DNA from: an uncultured Prochlorococcus sp.
GTDB lineage: Bacteria > Cyanobacteriota > Cyanobacteriia > PCC-6307 > Cyanobiaceae
DNA length: 64,000 nucleotides
Direction of reading: 5' to 3'
NCBI GenBank assembly: GCA_902626435.1
Contig: CACOFO010000002.1
Location: 24,275 to 88,274 of the forward strand
Positions within the stretch are counted from its first letter, which is position 1. The number at the start of each line of letters is the position of its first letter. The notes beneath the pieces were generated by a model. That model did no database searches. It worked only from the letters and a program-made list of their open reading frames with translations, and had not been told where the DNA came from. The translations under genes and the position numbers were made by a program. Below, piece after piece: positions 31,078 to 42,465 of this stretch.

Positions 31078-31683
31078 TTAAATATGATCTTTATCAAAAG
31101 AATTTAATTCACTAATTATATATTCTTCTTTTTTAGAATTTAATTGTTCGAGTGATTCTATTACTTTCTTGTAAACTTTATCCAATATTGAGTTTTCTTC
31201 TAGAGAAATATTGCCCAATACATGTGAAATAGTATTGAAATTATTTTTCCCTTCAACAGATGTAGGGGACCCAATACCAATTTTGATTCTATTAAATTGA
31301 TTAGTCTGCAATTTTTCAATTATGCTTTTAAGCCCATTATGTCCACCTGAACTTCCTTTTTTTCTAAATCTTATTTTCCCAAGAGGAAGATCTTTATCAT
31401 CGACTATTATAAAAATTTGGTCTAAATTAATTTTGTACCAATCTATTATTGCTTGGACAGCATCACCACTATTATTCATAAAGGTGTTTGGTAAAAACAA
31501 TCTATAAGTTAAATCATTAATTTTGAATTCTGAGCAGGAGCTTTTCAGTTTATTCTTTAGTATAAAATTCGAATTATATTTTTTTGATAGGTTTTCAAGT
31601 AGCAAAAAACCTATATTATGTCTGCTTTTTGAGTATTTTTTTCCAGGATTTCCTAATCCTATTAAATATATTTCATTCATCAT
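31078..31683 (-). CDS. pth: Peptidyl-tRNA hydrolase
   Basis: GLGNPG, SRHNIGF, TFMNNSG, GGHNGLKS. Confidence 0.96.
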   Translation of the reverse strand: MMNEIYLIGLGNPGKKYSKSRHNIGFLLLENLSKKYNSNFILKNKLKSSCSEFKINDLTYRLFLPNTFMNNSGDAVQAIIDWYKINLDQIFIIVDDKDLPLGKIRFRKKGSSGGHNGLKSIIEKLQTNQFNRIKIGIGSPTSVEGKNNFNTISHVLGNISLEENSILDKVYKKVIESLEQLNSKKEEYIISELNSFDKDHI

Positions 31684-31823
31684 GTATTTCTAAATCTCTT
31701 TTCATTGAGAATTATAAATATTCATTAAAACTGTAACTTAGTTAATTAAAACAAAAGTTGCTATGAGTTCATTAATATCTTAATGAATTAATCTTAAATA
31801 GATTTTGAGATAATTTCAGAAAG

Positions 31824-32024
31824 TTAGTTTCCGTTCCAATCTACAGAGAAACCTTGAAGTAGTAGGGATTGGTTATAAATTTGAAGAAGAATAACTAAAA
31901 AAACTAAAAGTAATAGACCTATGACTGTCATAACAGGAACTGCTCCCCAGCCAGGTACAACTTTTCCTTGACCAGAATTTCCAATTGCTTTTAAAAGACT
32001 TCCTAATGCTGTTTTTTGGCCCAT
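31824..32024 (-). CDS. psbH: Photosystem II protein H
   Basis: GKVVPGWG...LQIYNQS. Confidence 0.96.
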
Positions 32025-32104
32025 GTTGAATTCACTAAATCGGATTTTATTTCGTTATTGTATAAGAACTTATACATAAATTGTTTACAAACTTAGCAAA
32101 ATTG
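32025..32104. promoter_or_regulatory. psbH-psbN divergent intergenic element (position of the known psbNH motif)
   Basis: Palindrome TGTATAAG-AA-CTTATACA at 32059-32076. Confidence 0.5.
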
Positions 32105-32257
32105 ATGCAAACTTTATCATCCGCTCCGGATCCTGCTGTATCTATAGCAGTAACTATTCTGGTTTTTCTTCTAGCTTTAACAGGTTTTGGTCTATGGACT
32201 GCATTTGGACCTAAAGCTGCAAAACTTACAGATCCTTGGGATGATCATGATGATTAA
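32105..32257 (+). CDS. psbN: Photosystem II assembly protein PsbN (50 aa, below the track cutoff)
   Basis: MQTLSSAPDPAVSIAVTILVFLLALTGFGLWTAFGPKAAKLTDPWDDHDD; divergent from psbH. Confidence 0.95.
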   Translation: MQTLSSAPDPAVSIAVTILVFLLALTGFGLWTAFGPKAAKLTDPWDDHDD

Positions 32258-32366
32258 TTTCACCAAAGTATTTCAAAATTTTCCAAAAATACAAAAAGTA
32301 AACCTTTTACCGTAAATTAAATATAAATTTAATAGGATATAAAAATCTGTTAGCACTCGTAATTCT

Positions 32367-32495
32367 ATGCTTGCCTTAAAAATTTCTGTTTACACTATTG
32401 TTTTTTTCTTTGTAGGAATATTTCTCTTCGGATTTTTAGCTAGTGATCCAACCAGAACACCTAACAGAAAAGATTTAGAAAGTCCTCAAGATTAA
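32367..32495 (+). CDS. psbI: Photosystem II protein I (42 aa, below the track cutoff)
   Basis: [42 protein letters not shown]. Confidence 0.96.
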
Positions 32496-32514
32496 TCATT
32501 TAACTTGATTTACC

Positions 32515-34518
32515 TTGAATTCTGGAATATCAAAAAAATTAATAGTTTCTTCTTTTTTATTTATCAGTTCCATACCGCCATCTAGACCTGTTGAATTTCG
32601 TAGAATTAACGAAATCGAAAATAAACAATCTAACCTATTAAGTCTGGCAAGAACATTAAAAAATAAAAATACAACCAATCCATTTTTTAATAATAATTTT
32701 CAGAATATTCCTCTAGAAAAATTATCTTTAGAGGAAAATTCAGAGCAAAAAATAACTGACTTAATTGCTAAGCAAGATGAGTTAGTAATCCAATCAGATA
32801 AACAGTCTGAAATAAATAATGTTCTTTTTGCAGAGGGTAACGTATCTGTTTCATACAGAGGTAAATTCTTTAGATCTGATAAATTAATTTATGACAAGGT
32901 GAATAAAAAAATTAGTGCTGAAGGCAATATAACTTTACTTTTTGGTGAGCAAATATTTAAAATCTCTAAACTTGAATACAATTTTAAAAATGAAACAGGA
33001 TATTTATTAGATGTAAAAGGCTCTATAAATTCTGATAAATTAATCTCTGACTTATCAGAAAAATTTTATGGTTCAGATTATCAAAAGCTTCAAAACTTTC
33101 TAAATTTTAAAAAAAGGGAAGTTTTAAATACCCCTGATAAAGTGCATAATTGGATTTTTTCTTCTGAAAGAATAAATATTGATGGGGAAAAGTGGAAGAG
33201 TAATAAAGCAATATTTTCTAACGATATCCTTCAATTTAAACAAGTAAAAATTGAGATTAATTCATTGGAAGTTCGCTCTTTAAAAGATGAATTAAGATTT
33301 AGATCTTCTTTGAACTATTTAGTTTTAGATGAAAATATTTCAATCCCATTTTGGCTTGGTAATAGAAAGCTAACTAAAGCTGAAGAAAACAACCTTGATT
33401 CAAAAGCTAGTTGGAAATTAGGTTATGACAACATTGATAAAGATGGTTTGTTCATTGGTAAAAAACTGAATTCTATAGATTTAGCTGATGATTTTTTTAT
33501 TGATCTAGAACCACAATTTTTTATTCAACGCTCATTAAATGGACGTACAAAGAGTTATGTAAAGGATGGCGATACAATAACAGGAGAAAAGATAGAAAGA
33601 GGTGCTGTATTGGCTGACTATTTTGGGGTTGAATCTCAAATAAAAGGGAAAGTAAATAGTTGGGATTTGGAAATAGATAATCAAATTAATTCCCTTGATA
33701 GTAATAAATTTTCTGATGCACTTAGATTGAAATCTTTTTTGAAGAAAGAAATTAATTTCTTAAATACTAAATGGAATAAAAGTTTTTATGGAGTTTATAG
33801 AGATAGAGTATGGAATGGTTCATTAGGGGAGGCTGAAATTTATTTAGGTTATGGTTCAAAATTAGAAAAAAAACATACTTGGGAAGTAAATGGTACTACA
33901 AGTTCTGAAGTTTTATCTTTAGGATTATCGCATTTAAAAGGAGAGGCTTTAATTAGTAAAAACTTAGCTGGTAGCCTTAAAGGTAATTTGTTTTACTCCT
34001 TAGATAAAAATATTCCATTAAGCGTTGATAAACCTAAGAATAAAATTATTGATAGTTCATATGAGTATATCTATGAGCCTGTTCAAAAAGGACTTAGTTT
34101 AAATACAAGAATGTCAGCATTATATTCCCTATATAATGATGGAAAACATCAAAGATATATTGGTTTGGGTTTAGGTCCAGAATTAATTTTAGGTAATTTC
34201 AAAGAAAAAACCTTCGACTATACAAGAATTAGTATTTTCCCTTTTTATAAATTTAAAAATGGAGAAAGTGTATTTAAATTTGATCAAATATCTGAAAAAT
34301 TTACTGTAAATATTGGTTTTGATCAACAAATTTTTGGGCCAATAATTTTTGAAAGTAATGGAACATTAAATTTAGATGGTGATTCTAGTGACTACGGAAA
34401 ATTTATAGATTCTAAAATATTAGTTAATTGGAAAAAAAGATCTTATGAATTTGGTATTTTTTATCAGCCTCATAATCAAGCCGGAGGAATTTCATTTAAT
34501 CTCTTTGGATTTAAATAG
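32515..34518 (+). CDS. DUF3769/LptD-like outer-membrane protein
   Basis: OstA-like N-terminal segment (IQSDKQ...AEGNV...SDKLIYD), beta-strand-rich body, YRDRVWNGSLG. Confidence 0.7.
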   Translation: MNSGISKKLIVSSFLFISSIPPSRPVEFRRINEIENKQSNLLSLARTLKNKNTTNPFFNNNFQNIPLEKLSLEENSEQKITDLIAKQDELVIQSDKQSEINNVLFAEGNVSVSYRGKFFRSDKLIYDKVNKKISAEGNITLLFGEQIFKISKLEYNFKNETGYLLDVKGSINSDKLISDLSEKFYGSDYQKLQNFLNFKKREVLNTPDKVHNWIFSSERINIDGEKWKSNKAIFSNDILQFKQVKIEINSLEVRSLKDELRFRSSLNYLVLDENISIPFWLGNRKLTKAEENNLDSKASWKLGYDNIDKDGLFIGKKLNSIDLADDFFIDLEPQFFIQRSLNGRTKSYVKDGDTITGEKIERGAVLADYFGVESQIKGKVNSWDLEIDNQINSLDSNKFSDALRLKSFLKKEINFLNTKWNKSFYGVYRDRVWNGSLGEAEIYLGYGSKLEKKHTWEVNGTTSSEVLSLGLSHLKGEALISKNLAGSLKGNLFYSLDKNIPLSVDKPKNKIIDSSYEYIYEPVQKGLSLNTRMSALYSLYNDGKHQRYIGLGLGPELILGNFKEKTFDYTRISIFPFYKFKNGESVFKFDQISEKFTVNIGFDQQIFGPIIFESNGTLNLDGDSSDYGKFIDSKILVNWKKRSYEFGIFYQPHNQAGGISFNLFGFK

Positions 34519-35142
34519 CTACAATAATTTATTATTAAATTTTAAATAAGGTAAATTATTAAATTTATCTACAATAAGATTTTCATTTTCAAGAAGTGTT
34601 GAAGTTGCATCCCATTCTCCTGATAAAAACATTTTTTTTGAGCTTTCCTTAATCTCAAGATTAAAATTTAAATCTTTTGATTTTGCTAAGGAATTTTTAA
34701 GATCAATTTCTAAAAATAAAAATTGATTATTGCAATAGTTTTGTATTTCTTCTATGGATTTTTTAGGCAGCGTAAAACAGGGGATTCCTATCGCAATACA
34801 GTTACTGTAAAAGATATCAGCGAAACTCTCCCCTATGATTGCTTTTATACCCCATCTCATAAGTGCTTGGGGGGCATGTTCTCTGCTGGAACCACACCCG
34901 AAATTGCTATTAACAATTAGAATTGTGGCATTTTTGTTCTCCTCTAGATCGAAGGGATGCCTTCCCTTTAAAGTTTTTCTGTCGTCCTCAAAAACAGATT
35001 CACCCAATGAATCAAAGTTAACACACTTCAAGAAACGCGCTGGAATTATGCGATCTGTATCAATGTCGTTACCAATCAAGGAGATACATTGCCCGTTTAT
35101 GTCTCTAATTTTTCCAATTGGTTGAGTATATTTGGATTTCAT
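34519..35142 (-). CDS. leuD: 3-isopropylmalate dehydratase small subunit
   Basis: [25 protein letters not shown]. Confidence 0.97.
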   Translation of the reverse strand: MKSKYTQPIGKIRDINGQCISLIGNDIDTDRIIPARFLKCVNFDSLGESVFEDDRKTLKGRHPFDLEENKNATILIVNSNFGCGSSREHAPQALMRWGIKAIIGESFADIFYSNCIAIGIPCFTLPKKSIEEIQNYCNNQFLFLEIDLKNSLAKSKDLNFNLEIKESSKKMFLSGEWDATSTLLENENLIVDKFNNLPYLKFNNKLL

Positions 35143-36548
35143 TGGTTGATAAATTCTCTAACGTCACTGACTTTGCCATTAATTGCAGCAGCAGCAACCA
35201 TTGCTGGACTCATGAGTAGTGTTCTCCCTCTAGGAGATCCCTGTCTACCCTTGAAATTTCTATTACTAGAACTAGCACTAACTTGATTACCTATCAGCTT
35301 ATCTGAATTCATTGCTAAACACATTGAGCAGCCTGGTTCTCTCCATTGAAATCCAGAATCCTTAAATATCTGATCAAGACCTTCTAGTTTTGCTTCATTG
35401 GCAACTTTTTCTGAACCAGGAACTACAAATGCTTTTACATTCTTAGATACTTTTTTGTCTTTTAATACTTTAGCTGCAATTCTTAAGTCACTGATTCGCC
35501 CATTTGTGCAACTGCCTATGAAACAAACTTCTACTGGAACATCTTTTATAGATTGTCCTGGCTTGAAGCTCATATATTCATAAGCCTCTTCAGCAACTAA
35601 TTTGTCATTTGGTGATAATTCATCTAAAAGAGGGATCTGTTGATTAATTCCTACACTTTGGCCCGGAGTAATACCCCATGTAACAGTTGGTTCTATTTTA
35701 GAAACATCTATTTTAATTACATCATCATAAATTGCATCTACATCGCTTTTTAGTGATTGCCACCATGTAAGTGCTTTTTCCCAATGCTCATTTTTTGGTG
35801 CGCATAATTTATTTTTAATGTAACTAAAGGTCTTTTCATCAGGGTTTATATAGCCACATCTTGCTCCTCCTTCAATAGACATATTGCATATAGTCATTCT
35901 TTCTTCCATTGATAATGCATTGATCGCAGGCCCTGCAAACTCATGTGCAAAACCCACCCCAGCCTTTACACCGAGTTTATTAATAATATGAAGAACTAAA
36001 TCCTTAGCATAAACCCCATTAGATAATTTATTTTCACACCAAATTTGCCTTACCTTTAATTTGTTCATGGCTATGGTTTGGGTCGCAAGAACATCTCTTA
36101 CTTGGCTTGTGCCTATCCCAAAAGCAATTGAACCAAAAGCTCCATGAGTTGAAGTATGTGAATCTCCACAGGCGATTGTCATTCCTGGCTGAGTTAGCCC
36201 TAATTCTGGTGCCACTACATGTACTATGCCTTGATTACCACTGCCAATATTAAAAAATCTTATTTTATGTTCTAAGCAATTCTTCTCAAGTGTTTCAATC
36301 ATCTGTTCAGCAAGATTATCTTTGAAAGGCCTGCTCTGATTATCTGTTGGCACAATATGATCAACAGTAGCAACAGTTCTTTCAGGGAATTTTACTTTTA
36401 AGTTTTTGTCTTTTAAAGCGCCAAATGCTTGAGGACTCGTCACTTCATGGATAAGATGAAGACCAATAAATATTTGATCAGATCCACCTGGAAGACTTGA
36501 AACTTTATGTAAATCCCAAACTTTATCAAATAGGGTATCTTGACTCAA
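35139..36548 (-). CDS. leuC: 3-isopropylmalate dehydratase large subunit
   Basis: [40 protein letters not shown]. Confidence 0.97.
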   Translation of the reverse strand: MSQDTLFDKVWDLHKVSSLPGGSDQIFIGLHLIHEVTSPQAFGALKDKNLKVKFPERTVATVDHIVPTDNQSRPFKDNLAEQMIETLEKNCLEHKIRFFNIGSGNQGIVHVVAPELGLTQPGMTIACGDSHTSTHGAFGSIAFGIGTSQVRDVLATQTIAMNKLKVRQIWCENKLSNGVYAKDLVLHIINKLGVKAGVGFAHEFAGPAINALSMEERMTICNMSIEGGARCGYINPDEKTFSYIKNKLCAPKNEHWEKALTWWQSLKSDVDAIYDDVIKIDVSKIEPTVTWGITPGQSVGINQQIPLLDELSPNDKLVAEEAYEYMSFKPGQSIKDVPVEVCFIGSCTNGRISDLRIAAKVLKDKKVSKNVKAFVVPGSEKVANEAKLEGLDQIFKDSGFQWREPGCSMCLAMNSDKLIGNQVSASSSNRNFKGRQGSPRGRTLLMSPAMVAAAAINGKVSDVREFINQ

Positions 36549-36561
36549 TTTGTAAAAATAG

Positions 36562-37836
36562 TTACTTACTATTAGATAATAGAATTAATCTGAGGCTGTT
36601 CAAACACACATTTACACTTAGTGTTTGAATTTCTATTCTATTTCGGGTTGAATTATATAGTTTTTTTATATTAGTTAAATGATTATTAGGTCCTGAAATT
36701 GAGATATATACAAGTCCAACGGGTTTATTTGGACTTCCTCCATTTGGACCAGCTATTCCGCTAATGGCTATTGCCCAATCTGCTCCTAATTTCTCTTTTA
36801 CATTAATTGCCATTGCCTTACAAACTTCTTTAGAAACAGCTCCATATTTTGTAAGCTTTTCTTCCGAAATATTTAATAATGAATTTTTTAGCTCATTACT
36901 ATATGACACAATACTTCCTTTAAAAACTTGAGATGAGCCTGATATTGACGTTAGTGATGAAGATAGGAGTCCTCCAGTGCAGGATTCAGCAAAAACAATA
37001 GTTTGGTTCCTCTTGGTTAATTCTTTTATTAAAACGCTAGGAAGAGTATCATTATCTTCTCCAAAAATAAATTTTGAAAAATCTTTTTTTAATTTTTCTT
37101 TTACAGGTTTAATTATATTTTTTGCTTCTAGGCCATTCATTGCTCGCGCTGTGATTCTGAGTTTAACCTCTCCTAAGTTTGCATATGGAGCAACAGTCGG
37201 GTTTTTAAGATTTAATAGATCGTTAATTTTTTCTGTAACGCTTGATTCTCCAATGCCTGCAAATTTAAGAGTATTTGAAAAAAAGGAATAACTATCTGAG
37301 AATTTGGTTGTAATGAAATCATAAGCAGTCTCTTCCCACATGGTTTTCATTTCACTGGGTACTCCAGGGAATGTAAGAATAGTAAACCCTTTTACTGGTT
37401 CCCAAATCATTCCTGGAGCAGTGCCCCTAGGGTTATTGATTATTTGAGCATTTTTTGGGAAGAAGCATTGTTTCCTTAAGCTAGAGGAATCGTCCTTTAG
37501 CTTTGAGTTTAAAAGTTTTTGTTTAATTTCATCCCATAAGTGCGGTCTTTCAAAAAGAGATACATCAAAAGATTTGGCTATTGCTTCAGTAGTTAAGTCA
37601 TCTGGTGTAGGGCCCAAGCCCCCAGTTGTAATTAGAAGATTACTTCTTTTGGATATTTCTTGAACTACTTTTATAATTCGATCACAATTATCACCTACAG
37701 TTGATTGCCTAAAGTGATTCAGGCCTAATTGAGACAACTGTTCGGAAATCCATTGAGCATTTGTATTTATGATATTTCCTAAAAGTAGCTCAGTTCCAAT
37801 AGAAAGAATTTCAACTCCCTTGGAATTAGGACTCAT
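36562..37836 (-). CDS. cinA: Competence/damage-inducible protein CinA (NMN deamidase fusion)
   Basis: [34 protein letters not shown]. Confidence 0.93.
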   Translation of the reverse strand: MSPNSKGVEILSIGTELLLGNIINTNAQWISEQLSQLGLNHFRQSTVGDNCDRIIKVVQEISKRSNLLITTGGLGPTPDDLTTEAIAKSFDVSLFERPHLWDEIKQKLLNSKLKDDSSSLRKQCFFPKNAQIINNPRGTAPGMIWEPVKGFTILTFPGVPSEMKTMWEETAYDFITTKFSDSYSFFSNTLKFAGIGESSVTEKINDLLNLKNPTVAPYANLGEVKLRITARAMNGLEAKNIIKPVKEKLKKDFSKFIFGEDNDTLPSVLIKELTKRNQTIVFAESCTGGLLSSSLTSISGSSQVFKGSIVSYSNELKNSLLNISEEKLTKYGAVSKEVCKAMAINVKEKLGADWAIAISGIAGPNGGSPNKPVGLVYISISGPNNHLTNIKKLYNSTRNRIEIQTLSVNVCLNSLRLILLSNSK

Positions 37837-39104
37837 TTAATTGATGCTTCAAGTTTGCCTTCATAGAGAGGGAAACGATTACATAAGGTTAATACTCTTT
37901 CTTTACATTCTCTTTCAATTAGTGAATCATTTGGATTAAGTAATCTATCAGCGATAATCTCACCAACTTCAGCAAAAGCACTATCATCAAAACCTCTGGT
38001 GGTTAAAGCTGCGGTACCTAACCTTAGTCCACTGGTTACAAAAGGTGATTCGGGATCAAATGGCACAGTATTTTTATTAGCTGTTATATTCACTTCGCTT
38101 ACAAGTAAATCAGCAATTTTCCCAGTCATATTTATACTTCTTAAATCGAGTAAAACAATATGATTATCAGTGCCTCCACTAACAATATCAATACCTCTAT
38201 TTATAAGAGTGGAAGCTAGAACTTTGGCATTTTTTAAAACTTGTTGTGAATAATTAACGAAATCGGGTTGTAAAGCTTCTCCAAATGCAACTGCTTTAGC
38301 AGCAATAATATGTTCAAGGGGGCCACCCTGAGTTCCGGGGAAAACTGATTTATCAATTTTCTTTCCAAATTCTGCATCTTTACATAAGATAAGTCCTCCT
38401 CTAGGCCCTCTCAATGTTTTATGAGTAGTTGTAGTGACGACATCACAATAAAGTATGGGATTTGGGTGAAGTTTACTTGCTACGAGCCCCGCGATGTGTG
38501 CTATGTCTGCCATTAAGAATGCACCAACTTCATCTGCAATACTTCTAAATGATTCAAAATCAATTGTTCTTGGGTAAGCAGAATATCCGCATATGATTAA
38601 TTTTGGTTTTGTTTCATGTGCTACATTTCTTATCTCATCAAAATTCAACTCACTAGTTTCTTTATTTACACCATAGTGAACTGCATTGAACCACTTACCA
38701 CTCATATTGACTGGAGAGCCATGCGTAAGGTGTCCACCGTGAGAAAGATCCATTCCCATGATGGTGTCGCCAGGTTTAAGAAGACTTAAAAAAACGGCTG
38801 CATTTGCTTGTGCTCCACTATGGGGTTGAACGTTAGCCCAATTTGCATTAAATAATTTTTTTGCTCTCTGAATAGCTAATTCTTCTATTTCATCAACAAA
38901 TTCACACCCCCCGTAATATCTTTTTTGAGGTAGCCCCTCTGCGTACTTATTAGTAAGAACTGATCCTTGAGCCTGCATCACAGCTATTGATGCAAAATTC
39001 TCACTTGCAATTAACTCAAGATGGGATTCTTGCCTATTTTTTTCAGAATTAATATAATTTGATATTACTGGATCACTTTCTTTAAGATTTTGAAGAATAT
39101 TCAT
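37833..39104 (-). CDS. glyA: Serine hydroxymethyltransferase
   Basis: [26 protein letters not shown]. Confidence 0.98.
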   Translation of the reverse strand: MNILQNLKESDPVISNYINSEKNRQESHLELIASENFASIAVMQAQGSVLTNKYAEGLPQKRYYGGCEFVDEIEELAIQRAKKLFNANWANVQPHSGAQANAAVFLSLLKPGDTIMGMDLSHGGHLTHGSPVNMSGKWFNAVHYGVNKETSELNFDEIRNVAHETKPKLIICGYSAYPRTIDFESFRSIADEVGAFLMADIAHIAGLVASKLHPNPILYCDVVTTTTHKTLRGPRGGLILCKDAEFGKKIDKSVFPGTQGGPLEHIIAAKAVAFGEALQPDFVNYSQQVLKNAKVLASTLINRGIDIVSGGTDNHIVLLDLRSINMTGKIADLLVSEVNITANKNTVPFDPESPFVTSGLRLGTAALTTRGFDDSAFAEVGEIIADRLLNPNDSLIERECKERVLTLCNRFPLYEGKLEASIK

Positions 39105-39181
39105 TGAATTTGATAAGTAATAATAATAATATATACGATATTTTTTAGAAAAATATAAAAAGAATATTTCATAATTTAAAA

Positions 39182-39255
39182 CGCGCCTGGAGAGATTCGA
39201 ACTCCCGACACCCTGATCCGTAGTCAGGTGCTCTAATCCACTGAGCTACAGGCGC
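39182..39255 (-). tRNA. tRNA-Arg(ACG)
   Basis: Reverse complement GCGCCTGTAGCTCAGTGGATTAGAGCACCTGACTACGGATCAGG...GTTCGAATCTCTCCAGGCGCG. Confidence 0.96.
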
Positions 39256-39344
39256 ATAACTATGTAATATCTCTGTTTCAGGGTCTCTTAGTCAACCAGA
39301 TATCGGTTAAAATATCTATTGTTAACAAATTCATACTTATCAAT

Positions 39345-39596
39345 ATGCCCATAAAATGGTACGGAAACGGTGATTTAGAAGATCCCACATACAAACATTT
39401 TTCTCGAATAGTAAATTTTGTGATTCACTGCATGATATTTACTGCGGTAGTAAGTGGAACTTGGCTTTTAAAAGAAATCAAGTACGAATTCGCTTTTTTT
39501 AGTAATTTTTTAATTTTTTGGTCAATTCTTTTGGCCTCTCATTTATTTTTTGTAATTTCTAAAAAACCTAAAGATTTAGAAAAACAATCAACTTAA
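39345..39596 (+). CDS. Small two-TM hypothetical protein
   Basis: MPIKWYG...DPTYKHFSRIVNF followed by two hydrophobic helices. Confidence 0.7.
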   Translation: MPIKWYGNGDLEDPTYKHFSRIVNFVIHCMIFTAVVSGTWLLKEIKYEFAFFSNFLIFWSILLASHLFFVISKKPKDLEKQST

Positions 39597-39610
39597 ATCA
39601 ATATTTATTT

Positions 39611-39901
39611 ATGGAATCTCAGATACGCATAAGTGATCTGGAAAATATTATTTCAGAAAAGATTTTTATAAAAATAGAAAAGTGGAATTTATATCTTGGA
39701 GATGCTGGGCTGGCTAGAAATCTTGCTATTGAATGTATTAGCAATAAAAATAAAGGCTCATTAGAGGCAGCAAAAATAAGTTTGAAAGCAATTAATGTAA
39801 AAGTAGGGGATGGAGTAAGTAGTATTCCACTTATTGATTTAATTACTACCACACAAATTTTTGAATTAGAAGAGATTTTGGAGCGTTTTTTTGATAACTA
39901 A
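39611..39901 (+). CDS. DUF3181 family protein
   Basis: KWNLYLGDAGLA, VKVGDG...IPL. Confidence 0.75.
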   Translation: MESQIRISDLENIISEKIFIKIEKWNLYLGDAGLARNLAIECISNKNKGSLEAAKISLKAINVKVGDGVSSIPLIDLITTTQIFELEEILERFFDN

Positions 39902-41481
39902 ATATTTTTTTGATAAATTTTAAATTTATTTACTTTTAAAAATTTTGTAAGTAAAAAATAAATTACAAAAAAAGTTAGAGATCCAAAGATTATTATCAAA
40001 AATTCTCCGAAATTTGAATTTAAGTTATTGGTACTATTAAAAATAGTTAAACAAATCCTGCTAGCAATAAATGATGCAAATGACATTAAAATAACTTTCT
40101 TCAGTAAATCCAAATTAGGCAAATATATATCTTCATTTTGCAGATTGAATGAAAGTAATATGCAAACTATAAAGTTAACTATTACTGAAGATAAAATTAT
40201 TCCTACAACTCCAAAATTATATGGTGAAAGGTTACCAAAATTCTTTATTGGAGCACCAATTAAAAACCAATCAAAAAAAATATTAAATATTATCCCTGTA
40301 AATGATAACTTGAAAGGGAATTTAGTCTTCTCTATTGAGTAGTAAGCTCTTACTAATAAATCTCTATAAAGATAAAAAGGTATGCCAAATCCATATGCAA
40401 TTAATATATTCTTTACTTTTAATGTAGCTGAATAATCAAAAGCTCCTCTTTGAAAAACTAGCTGTACAATTTGGTTATTAAAAGTAAAGAAAAATCCAGC
40501 TAAAAAAATAGTTGTTAAGAAACAATACTCTATTCCAGAGATTAAGTTTTTTTGGAGTCCTCTATTGTCTTTGCAGCTTCTCAATCTAGAAAATTTTGGA
40601 AGTAATGGCAAAATTAAAGAGTTGGATAATATCCCTAATGGTGCTTGTATAAGAAAGTTTCCGTAAGCAAGTCCTGATGCTGCCCCTTGAAAACTGGAAG
40701 CGAAAAACATATCAATAAAAACATTGATTTGGCTTAGACCTGATGAGATAGATGCTGGAATAATTAGTCTGAAGATCCTCCTCTCTTCATCTTTAAATAA
40801 TTGGAAGGTTGACTCTAATCTTAGGAGCCCGATTTTATTTATTTCCCAAATTTGAACAACAAATTGAATAAAAGTTCCTGTCAAAGTTGCAAAAGCTAGT
40901 AATCCCGAATAAGTGAGGAAATATGTAGATGCATTTTCTTGGTTGAAAATCCAACTATATAAAATAAAAAGAATAGTAGTTACGCTTGTGATGGCTGGGC
41001 TTATACTTGATAAAAAGAATTTTTTTCTGGAATTTAAAGCGCCAAAGCTTAAACCGATGAAGCCCGATAGAGGAATACAAGGTGTAAGTATTCTTAATTG
41101 ATAAGTGGCAATAGATTTAGCTTCGTAACTTAAATTGGGTGCTAATAATTCAATTAATAAGCTCGAATTAAAGTAAATTAATATGGCCAAACTGAATAAT
41201 AATATTGAAAGTTTTATGCTTACCTGAGTTAGAATAATTCCTCCATGTTTTTTGTTAAGGGGAGTTAGAACTGCAACTACTGCATTATGTAAAGGTCCAT
41301 TAATCCCTCCAATGATTATTAGCAAAAAACCTGGAATTATATACGCATAATTAAATGCGTCATATGTTACTCCAACCCCAAAAGCAGCAGCTATAAATAT
41401 TTGTCTTACACATCCAGCAAATTTACTAAGACTAGTACCAAATGAAATTGCAAAAACATTATTTTTTAAAAATGCATGCAT
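39898..41481 (-). CDS. murJ: Lipid II flippase MurJ (MviN)
   Basis: FGVGVTYDAFNYAY, GGINGPLHNA, QINVFIDMFFAS; many TM helices. Confidence 0.92.
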   Translation of the reverse strand: MHAFLKNNVFAISFGTSLSKFAGCVRQIFIAAAFGVGVTYDAFNYAYIIPGFLLIIIGGINGPLHNAVVAVLTPLNKKHGGIILTQVSIKLSILLFSLAILIYFNSSLLIELLAPNLSYEAKSIATYQLRILTPCIPLSGFIGLSFGALNSRKKFFLSSISPAITSVTTILFILYSWIFNQENASTYFLTYSGLLAFATLTGTFIQFVVQIWEINKIGLLRLESTFQLFKDEERRIFRLIIPASISSGLSQINVFIDMFFASSFQGAASGLAYGNFLIQAPLGILSNSLILPLLPKFSRLRSCKDNRGLQKNLISGIEYCFLTTIFLAGFFFTFNNQIVQLVFQRGAFDYSATLKVKNILIAYGFGIPFYLYRDLLVRAYYSIEKTKFPFKLSFTGIIFNIFFDWFLIGAPIKNFGNLSPYNFGVVGIILSSVIVNFIVCILLSFNLQNEDIYLPNLDLLKKVILMSFASFIASRICLTIFNSTNNLNSNFGEFLIIIFGSLTFFVIYFLLTKFLKVNKFKIYQKNI

Positions 41482-41552
41482 TTGACCTTATCTGAAATTT
41501 TTCAAGAAGTTTAAGTTTCAATTATATTTGATTTTTAACTAACGACATATTT

Positions 41553-42314
41553 ATGAATGATCGGATAATTGAATTTGATCCATTAATTGAAGGAATTCTA
41601 CTTAAAAGGTATAAAAGATTTCTCGCAGATATAAAATTAGAGAGTGGAGAGGTAGTAACTGCTCATTGTGCTAACACAGGGCCAATGAAGGGACTTTTGA
41701 GCGAGGGAGCAAAAGTAAGAATAAGTATCTCTTCTTCTCCAACAAGAAAATTACCTTACACCTGGGAACAAGTATGTGTTTTAGGAGCAAACAATGAGGA
41801 GGTTTGGGTTGGTATCAATACCCTCTTTGCAAATAAGTTGATCAAAAAGGTTCTTGAGAAAAACTTGCTTAAGGAAATAATTGGGGAAATAGAGAAAATT
41901 AAATCTGAAGTCCCTTATGGAAAAGATAAAAAGAGTAGAATTGACTTTTTTTTAACTCCAAAATCTTCAAATCCTGATAAACGTATTATTTACGTAGAAG
42001 TTAAAAATACAACTTGGATGAGAGGAAATGTAGCTCTATTCCCAGATACAGTGACAAAAAGAGGCCAAAAACATCTTAAAGAATTAAAAAATTTAATTCC
42101 TGAAAGTAAAAGTGTTTTAATACCTTGTATTACAAGAAAAGATGCTTGCTTCTTTGAACCAGGAGACGATGCAGATCCACTGTATGGCAGTCTTTTTAGA
42201 GAATCTATAAGCGCAGGAATGATATCAATCCCATGTTCCTTTGAATTTCACAAAGACCACGTATCATGGAATGGAATTAAACCTTTAAAAAAAATTCACA
42301 ATATTGGAGTTTAG
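41553..42314 (+). CDS. sfsA: DNA/RNA nuclease SfsA
   Basis: [39 protein letters not shown]. Confidence 0.94.
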   Translation: MNDRIIEFDPLIEGILLKRYKRFLADIKLESGEVVTAHCANTGPMKGLLSEGAKVRISISSSPTRKLPYTWEQVCVLGANNEEVWVGINTLFANKLIKKVLEKNLLKEIIGEIEKIKSEVPYGKDKKSRIDFFLTPKSSNPDKRIIYVEVKNTTWMRGNVALFPDTVTKRGQKHLKELKNLIPESKSVLIPCITRKDACFFEPGDDADPLYGSLFRESISAGMISIPCSFEFHKDHVSWNGIKPLKKIHNIGV

Positions 42315-42370
42315 ATTAAAAATAATTTTTAAATTTAACAGATATCTTTTTGGATGTAACTATTGAATTG

Positions 42371-42412
42371 GTAACAACGAATACTAGACACTAATAAGTT
42401 TTTTTGCAAAAT
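42371..42412 (+). promoter_or_regulatory. NtcA box and promoter of amt1
   Basis: Perfect GTA-ACAACGAA-TAC at 42371-42384; imperfect -10 CAAAAT 22 nt downstream at 42407-42412. Confidence 0.8.
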
Positions 42413-42465
42413 TAAATATGAAAGGAAACAGTGCAAACTGTTTTTTGCAGATCTAATTTTTTTTT

